From an uncultured Bizionia sp. (lineage in GTDB: Bacteria > Bacteroidota > Bacteroidia > Flavobacteriales > Flavobacteriaceae): DNA of 64,000 bases. This document shows, one piece after another, positions 8,719-17,277 of the stretch; position 1 is the stretch's first letter; every line of letters begins with the position of its first letter. The notes below the pieces were generated by a model that ran no database searches, had not been told where the DNA came from, and saw nothing but the letters and a program-made list of their open reading frames with translations. The position numbers and the translations under genes are program-made. Where the stretch lies: NCBI GenBank assembly GCA_947496215.1, contig CANMCF010000023.1, positions 2,111 to 66,110 of the forward strand. Reading direction: 5' to 3'.

Positions 8719-11088
8719 ATGAACAATACAATATACAATGAAACGATTAGAGATATGACACATGTGAGCAAGTTGGCGTCTCAAAAGTTTTATAATAGGA
8801 CGGCTCCGGAAATCTCACAAATCTACTTCCCACAATCTGACCAAAAAAAAATCAAGAACATCGTGGTTGAAACAGATGTGGATACAAGTGGCAAGCTGTT
8901 GGAATATGTGACGAAACGGGTGTATTTCTATGACAAGAACAACAACAACAAGCTGGATGATGATGAACAGTTGGCCTACAATGCTTACATATACACGTCA
9001 ACAGATGCCATAAAGTTGAAAGAGACATATGAAGTGGCCGAAGCAGGGGAAGACGATGTCTTGATTTTTGTAGAAGACAACCAAGGAGACGTAAGTTCCC
9101 AGTTTTGTAGAGCTAGAGTTGGAAAAAATGTTTTGAGCAATTTAAAGAATGCAGGCCATTTATACAACAACAGGAAACTTTTGGCAAGAATAAACGAACA
9201 TGCCCCTATCGATGAAGCCGTTTTAAATGAATTGTTGAAAAAGGGAAAGATAGAGAATACCACGTTGAAGGTGTTGGAATTCTTGTTTGCAGTTCCGGAT
9301 TATCTAGGCCCTTTCAGTCCAAATACTTTTGTAATGAAAGGCTTGGGAACTATATGTGAGGAGATTGCAAAGTTTATAAACAAGGCAAAAGTAGACGATT
9401 ACAGGTGGAACCCCCAAGCTAAAAAACGCAATGAGGATGGGACAGAAGATGAAACACATGAGTTTGCTCCTTTCCTGTTTCCCTTTGTGACAGAAGCATT
9501 GGATAGCATTGATGATTCCAAGGTAAATGGATATATGCAAAAATCCATTGCAGAATTGAAAAGTTTATACGCTTCTCAAGATCAAGCCATTCAAAATTAC
9601 GTTAAGAATGTGGATGTCGGCCGCTTGGGCAATGTGCCAATTTATTTTCCCTATGGAGGTTACGTGAACGTGGAAGTGGATTTGGTTCCGGATTCCATAG
9701 AACTGTTTTTGTTTAACAAGTACTTGCAAGTGAAAAAAGTGATAGATGCGGTATTCGAGAAATTGGAAGGGTTTGATTTCACGGACCTCATCAAAAAAGG
9801 GATTACCACGGCCAATGCATTCCTATGTGGTGTTTGGAATGGTTTGGTAGATGCCATTTCCGGTATTTTCGTGCTTTTGGAAATGGTGTTCAAAGCCGCC
9901 GCTGCAATGAATGATTTCAGGCAAAACTTCAGTACGGAATTTCCAATATTGTTGGAGTATATCGATAACTTTACGGAAGCATTGAGCAGTATAGATTTCA
10001 AAGAGCTCTATACACATCTAAAAACAAAGTTGTCAGATGCATCCATAGGAAGCATATCTTTGGAAACGATTGCTTATTTTAGTGGAGCGTTCATTGGGTT
10101 TGTAATAAGTTTGGTTATTGAAATAGTCGTAGGGATTCTATTTACAGGTGGTACGTTGAGTGTGGCAGCTGTAATAGAAAAGCTAGCGGCCATATTTTCA
10201 GGATTGCTCAGAGCAGGAGCCAAGGTTTTGAAAAAGACTTTTGATTTTTCAAAAAAATTGGTGGTCAACACCTTCAAGGGGTTCAAAAAGTTGTTGCAAG
10301 GAATGATAACTCTTTTGCGTAAGGGAACAGCTGGTTTCAAAGTAATGATAGATGACATATTCAAGGCATTCGGAATTTATGCCAAGGAAGCATTGAGTAA
10401 TGCAAATTCAGGATTGATACCGTTGTTGACAAAAGCAGAATTAAACCTCTACAAGAATTTGGCAAAAGCTTTTTTCAAGCCATTCAAAAAGTTGCTTTTA
10501 AGATATGCGGATAATGCAAGGGTGTTAAGGAGGTGGAGAAAGTTGAACCCTATGGATAGTCTATTAAAAGTTGATATAGACGAACTTTTAAGACTTAGGT
10601 CTTTAAATAAAAGAGGTTACAACAAAAATACTGCAACTATGAAAGCTCAAGTAGAGGTAAATGGAGAAGTTCTTGAGTTGGAATATAAAGCTTTGGCTGG
10701 TAATAAGACTAGTGGAGAAGGATTGCTTGGTAATGTGAATAAAGACTATATAGCTAAGCAATTAGGTATTAGTATAGAAGATTTAATGAAACATTTTGAT
10801 GATATTGCTGATGATGATTTGATAAGAAGGTTTCATGATAGTGAGCATAAGATCTTTAGTGCTTTCGATGATGATGTGTTGAAGCTTCAAACCCGTTATG
10901 GTAAAGAAAGTGTAAATGTTAAGAGTGTAAACTTTAAAACACTTTACGAACCATGTATATCTTGTAAACGTCAAATGATCATTCGTCAAGAAATGCACGA
11001 ATTTTCACTTAAAGTTCAGGCAATATTAATAAAAGGTAAGAATTACGCAAAAAATAATTCAGACTTACAAAGTTTAATGTTAAAATAA
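8719..11088 (+). CDS. Membrane-module protein with polymorphic C-terminal toxin domain (deaminase-like)
   Basis: Central hydrophobic helices (GVWNGLVDAISGIFVLLEMVFKAAAA; IAYFSGAFIGFVISLVIEIVVGILFTGG) are shared with 17278-19125. The C-terminus has FHDSEHKIF followed about 35 aa later by LYEPCISCKRQM, resembling the deaminase HxE...PCxxC layout. An immunity gene starts 6 nt downstream. Confidence 0.6.
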   Translation: MNNTIYNETIRDMTHVSKLASQKFYNRTAPEISQIYFPQSDQKKIKNIVVETDVDTSGKLLEYVTKRVYFYDKNNNNKLDDDEQLAYNAYIYTSTDAIKLKETYEVAEAGEDDVLIFVEDNQGDVSSQFCRARVGKNVLSNLKNAGHLYNNRKLLARINEHAPIDEAVLNELLKKGKIENTTLKVLEFLFAVPDYLGPFSPNTFVMKGLGTICEEIAKFINKAKVDDYRWNPQAKKRNEDGTEDETHEFAPFLFPFVTEALDSIDDSKVNGYMQKSIAELKSLYASQDQAIQNYVKNVDVGRLGNVPIYFPYGGYVNVEVDLVPDSIELFLFNKYLQVKKVIDAVFEKLEGFDFTDLIKKGITTANAFLCGVWNGLVDAISGIFVLLEMVFKAAAAMNDFRQNFSTEFPILLEYIDNFTEALSSIDFKELYTHLKTKLSDASIGSISLETIAYFSGAFIGFVISLVIEIVVGILFTGGTLSVAAVIEKLAAIFSGLLRAGAKVLKKTFDFSKKLVVNTFKGFKKLLQGMITLLRKGTAGFKVMIDDIFKAFGIYAKEALSNANSGLIPLLTKAELNLYKNLAKAFFKPFKKLLLRYADNARVLRRWRKLNPMDSLLKVDIDELLRLRSLNKRGYNKNTATMKAQVEVNGEVLELEYKALAGNKTSGEGLLGNVNKDYIAKQLGISIEDLMKHFDDIADDDLIRRFHDSEHKIFSAFDDDVLKLQTRYGKESVNVKSVNFKTLYEPCISCKRQMIIRQEMHEFSLKVQAILIKGKNYAKNNSDLQSLMLK

Positions 11089-11094
11089 TAAAAA

Positions 11095-11574
11095 ATGGAA
11101 ATACAATTTTTACAAAAATTAAAACAGAATCCTAAGATTGGTGTAAGAGAAATAAAAGGAGTTTTGGAATCAGAGATCTTTGAGGTAGAGAATAAACTTA
11201 ATATTAGTTTTCCAAAATCGTATAAAGAGTTTTTATTTTTAGCAGGAGAGTCTTGTGGAGCATTACAAATATTGGATACTACAGATTTGAAAACTATTTC
11301 TTCAGATTGGCATAAAGAAATACAAAAAGAAGAATTAGAATCTACAAGGACTGAATTTGATGGACCTTTTTGGTTGTTTGCTGAAAGCAATGGATGTGAG
11401 GTTTTTCATTTCTTTTATTTGGAAGATGGTATTGATGATCCAGTGGTATTTTCTGTAGACTATGATATATATGATGATAATAAACGTATAATTAAGACCA
11501 GTGATAAAAAATTCAGCGTATTTATTGAAAATAAGATAAAATCGGCTATAAGAATAGATAAACAAGGATATTAA
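11095..11574 (+). CDS. SMI1/KNR4 (SUKH-1) family immunity protein
   Basis: N-terminal pattern ESEIFEVENKLNISFPKSYKEFLFLAGESCG is typical of SMI1_KNR4. It lies immediately after the toxin gene. Confidence 0.8.
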   Translation: MEIQFLQKLKQNPKIGVREIKGVLESEIFEVENKLNISFPKSYKEFLFLAGESCGALQILDTTDLKTISSDWHKEIQKEELESTRTEFDGPFWLFAESNGCEVFHFFYLEDGIDDPVVFSVDYDIYDDNKRIIKTSDKKFSVFIENKIKSAIRIDKQGY

Positions 11575-11627
11575 TTAGTAAAGTATTCAAAACAAAAAGC
11601 CGAACTCTAGCCAGGTTTAAGAATAAA

Positions 11628-11876
11628 ATGATTATGAAAAAAACATTTATTTGTACTGGATATATTGAAACGAGTTTGGATAGTATCATCTCAATTTTAA
11701 AAACTTTTTTAGATGCATCCAATATTACAGATAGATATGCTGTAGATATAGAAAGAGAAGTTAAATATAGAGATGAAAAAATAGACATTTACTCATACAA
11801 GTACTCAGAAAAAGGGAGTTTATTTCAAGTAGAACTCAACGGAACGAAGAAGCTCAAAGCTTTATTGATACAATAA
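11628..11876 (+). CDS. Small hypothetical protein, possibly the 5' part of a frameshifted gene extending to 11986
   Basis: 82-aa ORF. A different frame stays open from about 11770 to 11986 and reads protein-like (EEAQSFIDTITEKLREDSIVHQFEWNEVDENEDQVGEEFEIRFPED) but has no start codon. Confidence 0.35.
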   Translation: MIMKKTFICTGYIETSLDSIISILKTFLDASNITDRYAVDIEREVKYRDEKIDIYSYKYSEKGSLFQVELNGTKKLKALLIQ

Positions 11877-12038
11877 CTGAAAAATTAAGAGAGGATTCAA
11901 TAGTTCATCAATTCGAATGGAATGAGGTTGATGAAAATGAGGATCAAGTAGGAGAAGAGTTTGAAATTCGATTTCCAGAAGATTAATTTCCAGGTTATTA
12001 AGTAATAGTTATGCTTTGCTAATAAAACATAAAGCCTA

Positions 12039-12075
12039 AAAAAGCTCTTACATCTTATAGTAAGAGCTTTTTTAA
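12039..12075 (+). terminator. Rho-independent terminator
   Basis: aaaaagctcttac / 8-nt loop / gtaagagcttttttt: a GC-containing 11-13 bp stem followed by a T-run. Confidence 0.65.
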
Positions 12076-12098
12076 ATATTTTGTAGACTTTTAAAAAG

Positions 12099-12404
12099 AT
12101 GACCTTAACAGAAGAAAAAGCAATACAATTAGGAAAGAAGATAATGTCTGACATTAATTTCGATTATGATAAAGAGGCGGAAATAACAGCTAAGTTTGTT
12201 GAAGAAAGTGATGAAGCTTTAGTTATTCCAAATAAATCTTGGTTGGTTAGTTTTCCATATGGATATGAGGATTTTGGAAGATATGTTAGAGGACATTTAA
12301 TAATTTTGGATGAAAATATGATTGGTGTAGATGTTTCAATAAGAAATGGTAGTATTAAATTGGAATATAATTCAGGTGAAGACAGGTATTATGTTAAAGA
12401 GTAA
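12099..12404 (+). CDS. Small hypothetical protein (candidate orphan immunity protein)
   Basis: 101-aa acidic ORF located between the two SUKH genes. No recognisable motif. Confidence 0.45.
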   Translation: MTLTEEKAIQLGKKIMSDINFDYDKEAEITAKFVEESDEALVIPNKSWLVSFPYGYEDFGRYVRGHLIILDENMIGVDVSIRNGSIKLEYNSGEDRYYVKE

Positions 12405-12493
12405 TTGTAATGTCAATTTATTTTTTCAGAGATAAAATCATATAGAATCTGTAATATGGTTAAGCGTTATCGTATGATGACTTGTTGGATACA

Positions 12494-12976
12494 ATGAATA
12501 TAGAATATTTAAATAGTTTAAAAGAAAACTCAGAAATTGGAAATAGAAAAATTAAAGGAGTTTCCGAATCAGAGATAACAAGTGTAGAACAAAAACTAAA
12601 TATTGCTTTCCCAAAATCATATAGGGAGTTTTTGTTTTTGGCTGGGGAATCTTGTGGGGCTTTGCCTTTATTGGAATCTGCAGATTTAAAGACATTGTCA
12701 TCAGATTTTTACAAGGAGGTTTTGGAAGAAGACATGAAAGACACCAACACTGTTATAGAGCGACCATTTTGGGTTTTTGCAGACAGTATTGGGGACCAAG
12801 GATTTTGGTTTTTCTATCTTGATGAAGAATCAGAAGATCCGCAAACCTATTATTATGCATATAAAGAAACTGAGCCTTATGAAGCGGTCATTGGTTCTCA
12901 TGAATTGATCTTTAGTGAGTTTATTGATGGAAGAATAGACTTTGGTAATCAAATAGAAAAAGAAGGTATTTGGTAA
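12494..12976 (+). CDS. SMI1/KNR4 (SUKH-1) family immunity protein, paralog of 11095-11574
   Basis: ESEITSVEQKLNIAFPKSYREFLFLAGESCGALPLL aligns with the first SUKH protein. The track start at 12482 is a TTG; ATG 12494 is more likely. Confidence 0.8.
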   Translation: MNIEYLNSLKENSEIGNRKIKGVSESEITSVEQKLNIAFPKSYREFLFLAGESCGALPLLESADLKTLSSDFYKEVLEEDMKDTNTVIERPFWVFADSIGDQGFWFFYLDEESEDPQTYYYAYKETEPYEAVIGSHELIFSEFIDGRIDFGNQIEKEGIW

Positions 12977-13000
12977 CTTAAAATCATTTAATATATCAAT

Positions 13001-13040
13001 AAAAAAAGCCGAACTCTAATCTGAGTTCGGCTTTTTTATT
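13001..13040 (+). terminator. Rho-independent terminator closing locus 1
   Basis: Stem gccgaactc (13008-13016) pairs with gagttcggc (13023-13031). An A-run precedes it and a T-run follows. Confidence 0.75.
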
Positions 13041-13089
13041 TTGAATGTATATGTATATATCATATGTTTGATTGTGTTAAAACCATTAT

Positions 13090-13152
13090 AAACATTTTAC
13101 AAAACAAATAGTGTTGTAGTTGCTTTTGTTTGTAAAATGTTGTATATTTGTA
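13090..13152 (+). promoter_or_regulatory. Second copy of the promoter/operator. The upstream TGTAAAATGTT box is inverted here (13091-13101). A direct box at 13131-13142 abuts the -7 element TATATTTG at 13143-13150.
   Basis: aaacattttacaaaacaaa ... tttgtttgtaaaatgttgtatatttgta forms a 17-18 nt inverted repeat around an approximately 19-nt spacer. Confidence 0.55.
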
Positions 13153-13418
13153 ATGTAATAAGGCTGCTAATGTGCTGAAAAACTATAAATCAAACATTTG
13201 TATAAAAACAAAGCAGCAATTTCTTGATTTTACATAAAAGACGTCTTGAAAAATCAAAAACGACGGATAACTATTCAAACATTTTTTTGAATAGGGTGAA
13301 GAGTTATGCCTTTTATTATTAAGGCTTTGTATTAAGTTAAACCTGTTGGAAAAGCGAAACGATGACAGTTCTTAAAGACAAGAACCTAATAATAATTATA
13401 AATTTTAAAACAATTAGA
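13153..13418 (+). promoter_or_regulatory. Second copy of the conserved 5' leader, including the same hairpin and the uORF MPFIIKALY (13306-13335)
   Basis: Near-identity to 4111-4386. Within the uORF the only differences are ttc to ttt (synonymous) and tga to taa (stop to stop). Confidence 0.5.
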
Positions 13419-16400
13419 ATGAGCAAAGAGATTAAACAAAACCTATTTAGGTTTGTAACCCTACGTAATCCACAATTAATAGAAGACAAAAAAGAACATC
13501 CAGGTTTTGTATATCATCCAAGTGAAGATTATGACGGGAGTGCATACAGAACCATGCTTACAGAAACAGATGTTGCAAGTAAAAAAGCATTGTCTAAAGT
13601 CGTTTCGGATGAATTCACCCCTTTAAAAGGTCGTAAAGGTGTAAAGGACTATTCACAAGCAATGTATGACTTTTCGTTGTGGTTGATGCGCAATAAGAAC
13701 CATTTGTCTTATCAAAGCATAAAATCCAATGCAGAAGGAGTTGGCAATTTGACAACAGAGGCACTTTTGGTTGTTTGGGACAATTTAATATATCAAACAA
13801 TAAACAAAGAATCCGTTTATGCGCGAGAAGCTTTGATACAAGTTTTAATTGCAAATCAATTTTTAAAGGCATTTAAAGGTCTTTCAATAGGAATGGAAGA
13901 ATTTACAGATGACACTGAAAAGGAGTTTGTGCGAAGAGCAAATGCAAGCGTTGTAATTTCGAAATCCTTATTTGTTGAGAATGGAGAGAAAAGTCAATCT
14001 AAAAAAAGATTGACAGAATCTCAAGAAAAAGCAATGCTTAAAGTGATTGAAACAGAAGAAGCCAAGGAGAATTTGGCAGCTTATAAAAAATTGAATGCTG
14101 AGCTTAAAGGAATAGAGATAGGTTACAACAAGGAATCTCAAAGATCATACGATAATACTTTAAAAACGCACAAAGCATCTATAGCTAAAATATTGGCGTC
14201 AACAGAACCTGTAGTAGTTAGTGAGACAGACCCAAGAACAGGAGTTGTTAAAAAAGTTAAAACATATCCAAACTTGGAACTGCCATCGTTTAACTTTGAA
14301 AACACAAAAGCAATAGATTCCAAATACTTGAAAGAGCGATTGTCTCCAGAATCTATGCAGGTTTTCGATGCAGTAGAGTTAGGGGTTTACGATGATTTTT
14401 CTGAAGTGAACAACGCTATTAATAATCAAATTCAGCTTGTAAATCAAACGATTCTAAATAACGATTCTTCAACATCAGGAACGGTATTGGTTGGGGGAAC
14501 CACAACTACCGTAAGTGAAAACATGGCAACTTTAGACCCTTATTGCTTTTTTGTTTCTAGGTTGAGTTCAATAGGAAACCCCGGATTGACCATGTTTTTA
14601 GGAACTGGGTACTTGGGAGCTTTAGCATCGAATGCGTCTTACACTTTGGAAAACTTGGATTCTAACATAAAGTATGAAGGAACAGTAATACAAACAAATT
14701 CTAGTTTCAACAATACAAGTACGCGTTTGTTTTTTCCAATAGCTCATCCTATAGACAATAATGGGAGTTATCGTTTTTCGGGAAAATTCACATTGGATAA
14801 TGGCGTGACATTAAGTTTCGATGTTACAAACGACGTATCTAAACGAGGTGTGAGATTTAATGGTTGTTGTGATGCCGTAAAAGGAGATGATACTACAGAT
14901 CCAGCAGGAGGAGAGGTTAAGCCACAAGTGTTTGGAGTCACCAATTTAGGTATTGCGGATTTCAGACGTGTAGAACAAGAGGTGTGCTGCTATGTGCCTG
15001 GAGAAGTGTCACACATAGAAAATATCATGGCACGTGAATACAAAGAACGTGCAACAAGAAGTTTGAACAGTGTAGAAACTACCAGTGAGGAAACGACAGA
15101 ACATGAAACAGAAAACTTAACAGATACAACTACAACCGAGCGCAATGAAATGCAGAGTGAAGTTGCTTCCGTTATTAATGAGGATAAATCTCAAAACTAT
15201 GGAGCAAATGCAAGTGTGAGCTATAGTCCTACAAAAGCATTGTCCATAAATGCAGGAGGTTATGCGGATTTTTCATCATCAAGCTCTACGTCAAACTCCA
15301 ATAGTCAAGCTCAAACCTATGCACAAGAAGTGACTGAGAGAGCAATGGAGCGTATTGTTCAAAAAGTAAGCAATAAACGTACTTCTCGTATTTTAAGAGA
15401 GTTCGAAGAGAATAACAAGCATGGTTTTGACAATACCAAAGGCGATAAGCATATTACAGGTGTGTACCGTTGGGTTGATAAGATTTACAAGAATAAATTA
15501 ATCAATTATGGTAAGCGTTTAATGTATGAATTTGCGATACCGGAACCAGCTAAATTTTTTAAGGAGGCATTATGGAAAAAGTTCAAAAACGATGAATTGG
15601 GGGCTGAGGTTGTATTGCCTATAAAACCAGCTCATCCAAGAGACATTGGTGTGACTTCTCCAACGAGTATTATAGAGTCGACTTACCAATTAAAGGCGGC
15701 TGAATACAATGCAGAGGTTATTGCAGCTCCAGAAAAATACGATTATGTCGGTACGTCGTTTACTAAATCGCAACAAGGTGGAGACGGCGGAGATAACACC
15801 AATAAATCTGCCAAAGATGTCATTAAAATCCCAAAAGGATATAAAAGCATTGCAGCAAAAACAACAGGAAGACAAAAAAATGGTGCAGTTTTAATTTCTG
15901 TTGCCGGTGAAGACTTTCCTGTTAATAGTTCGTACTATTCTACAATAACTCCTCATTTGGACGAATTACCTGTTTCTGTTTCTTTTGAATGGAACTGGGT
16001 GACGAATGTAAATATAGATGTAAAGTGTGAGAGAACGGATGGAGCCTACAAACAATGGCAAAATGAGACGTTCAATGCTATCATGGAAGCTTATAATGAC
16101 CGTTTGCGAGAGTATAACGAATCGATTATTGCAAATGAGATCAACCAGAATGCCAGTGGTGAAAAATTAAAATTCAATCCATTGTTCAATAGAAGTATAG
16201 AAAAGAAAGAGTTAAAACGTATTGCGATTGAATTGATCATTGATCAAGACAGGATTTCCAAAAACAATTATAATGCAATCAATGATGCTACAGGTTTGTC
16301 AAAAGTGATGAAAACACAAGGTTTGCAAGATCATGCAGCTACCGTTAAATTCTTTGAGCAAGCATTCGATTGGGATATCATGTCATACATCTTTTATCCA

Positions 16401-17081
16401 TATTTTTATGCTAATGAAGAGAATTGGAAAGACTTGTTTCAGTCTCAAGATGCAGCAGATCCGTTATTTCAAGGTTTCTTGCAATCCGGTATGGCTAGAA
16501 CAATTGTTCCTGTTCGCCCAGGGTTTGAAGACGCAATGAACTGGTATATGTCTACTGGAGAAATCTGGAATGGTCAAGGATTGATCACGGATCAAGATGA
16601 TGACCTTTATGTGTCCATTGCAGAAGAAATGCAAACCGTGGAAGGAGAAGTGGAAGATACGTGGGAAACACGTTTGCCAACCAATTTAACTGTAATACAA
16701 GCAGGTTCAATAGGTTTAAATGTGGAAGGGTTGCCATGTAACATTGATTGCGACGATTTTGCGTTGTTTGATTCTGATGGCAAGCCAATTTTGGATGACA
16801 ATGGAAAGCAGGTGACTGAAAACCCGATAGAGCAAACCAATACAATGGTTGGGGGCGAGCTTGATCCAACCGAGTTGGAAAAGGTACAAAGCCGCTTGAT
16901 CGAAAATGTAGACATAGACAATGGTTACCTTAAACTGACCACAGAAGGAAGCAACAGGCAGACAGTTGCACAAATTTCCGTGGAAGCAATCAAACGAGCC
17001 ATAGATGAGTCGGTAGCTACTACGACGACCAGAACGTCTACCCTTGAAAAAGGCTCTGAAACAACTACGGCTTCAAGATAA
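13419..17081 (+). CDS. Giant protein 2 of the same unrecognised family (about 1220 aa)
   Basis: Uninterrupted ORF 13362-17081. ATG 13419 (MSKEIKQNLFRFVTLRNPQLI) aligns with protein 1. The N-terminal, core and C-proximal modules are shared, while two internal regions and the tail differ. Confidence 0.85.
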   Translation: MSKEIKQNLFRFVTLRNPQLIEDKKEHPGFVYHPSEDYDGSAYRTMLTETDVASKKALSKVVSDEFTPLKGRKGVKDYSQAMYDFSLWLMRNKNHLSYQSIKSNAEGVGNLTTEALLVVWDNLIYQTINKESVYAREALIQVLIANQFLKAFKGLSIGMEEFTDDTEKEFVRRANASVVISKSLFVENGEKSQSKKRLTESQEKAMLKVIETEEAKENLAAYKKLNAELKGIEIGYNKESQRSYDNTLKTHKASIAKILASTEPVVVSETDPRTGVVKKVKTYPNLELPSFNFENTKAIDSKYLKERLSPESMQVFDAVELGVYDDFSEVNNAINNQIQLVNQTILNNDSSTSGTVLVGGTTTTVSENMATLDPYCFFVSRLSSIGNPGLTMFLGTGYLGALASNASYTLENLDSNIKYEGTVIQTNSSFNNTSTRLFFPIAHPIDNNGSYRFSGKFTLDNGVTLSFDVTNDVSKRGVRFNGCCDAVKGDDTTDPAGGEVKPQVFGVTNLGIADFRRVEQEVCCYVPGEVSHIENIMAREYKERATRSLNSVETTSEETTEHETENLTDTTTTERNEMQSEVASVINEDKSQNYGANASVSYSPTKALSINAGGYADFSSSSSTSNSNSQAQTYAQEVTERAMERIVQKVSNKRTSRILREFEENNKHGFDNTKGDKHITGVYRWVDKIYKNKLINYGKRLMYEFAIPEPAKFFKEALWKKFKNDELGAEVVLPIKPAHPRDIGVTSPTSIIESTYQLKAAEYNAEVIAAPEKYDYVGTSFTKSQQGGDGGDNTNKSAKDVIKIPKGYKSIAAKTTGRQKNGAVLISVAGEDFPVNSSYYSTITPHLDELPVSVSFEWNWVTNVNIDVKCERTDGAYKQWQNETFNAIMEAYNDRLREYNESIIANEINQNASGEKLKFNPLFNRSIEKKELKRIAIELIIDQDRISKNNYNAINDATGLSKVMKTQGLQDHAATVKFFEQAFDWDIMSYIFYPYFYANEENWKDLFQSQDAADPLFQGFLQSGMARTIVPVRPGFEDAMNWYMSTGEIWNGQGLITDQDDDLYVSIAEEMQTVEGEVEDTWETRLPTNLTVIQAGSIGLNVEGLPCNIDCDDFALFDSDGKPILDDNGKQVTENPIEQTNTMVGGELDPTELEKVQSRLIENVDIDNGYLKLTTEGSNRQTVAQISVEAIKRAIDESVATTTTRTSTLEKGSETTTASR

Positions 17082-17277
17082 CGTTTGGCACATTTCCTAA
17101 TGCTGGGAAAATAAATGTTTAATCCATCTTACTTGTCATTTTAGGTAACCTCAAACTTAATCAGCAGGTTCCAAAATAAGATTCCTCATTCTTTTTTTCA
17201 AAGGAGAATGAGGAAACAGGTAAGGTGTGTTTAAATGTTGCCAGACAAATGTTTAACAATTGAAAAAAGAATAAATA

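Noticed and set aside
17113-17256. Two exact AAATGTTTAA copies (17113-17122, 17247-17256) plus TTTAAATGTT (17230-17239), considered as extra operator boxes because they resemble the AAAATGTTT core.
   Set aside because: Short AT-rich 8-10-mers are expected by chance in this genome. The flanking TGT...G positions of the operator box are not conserved.
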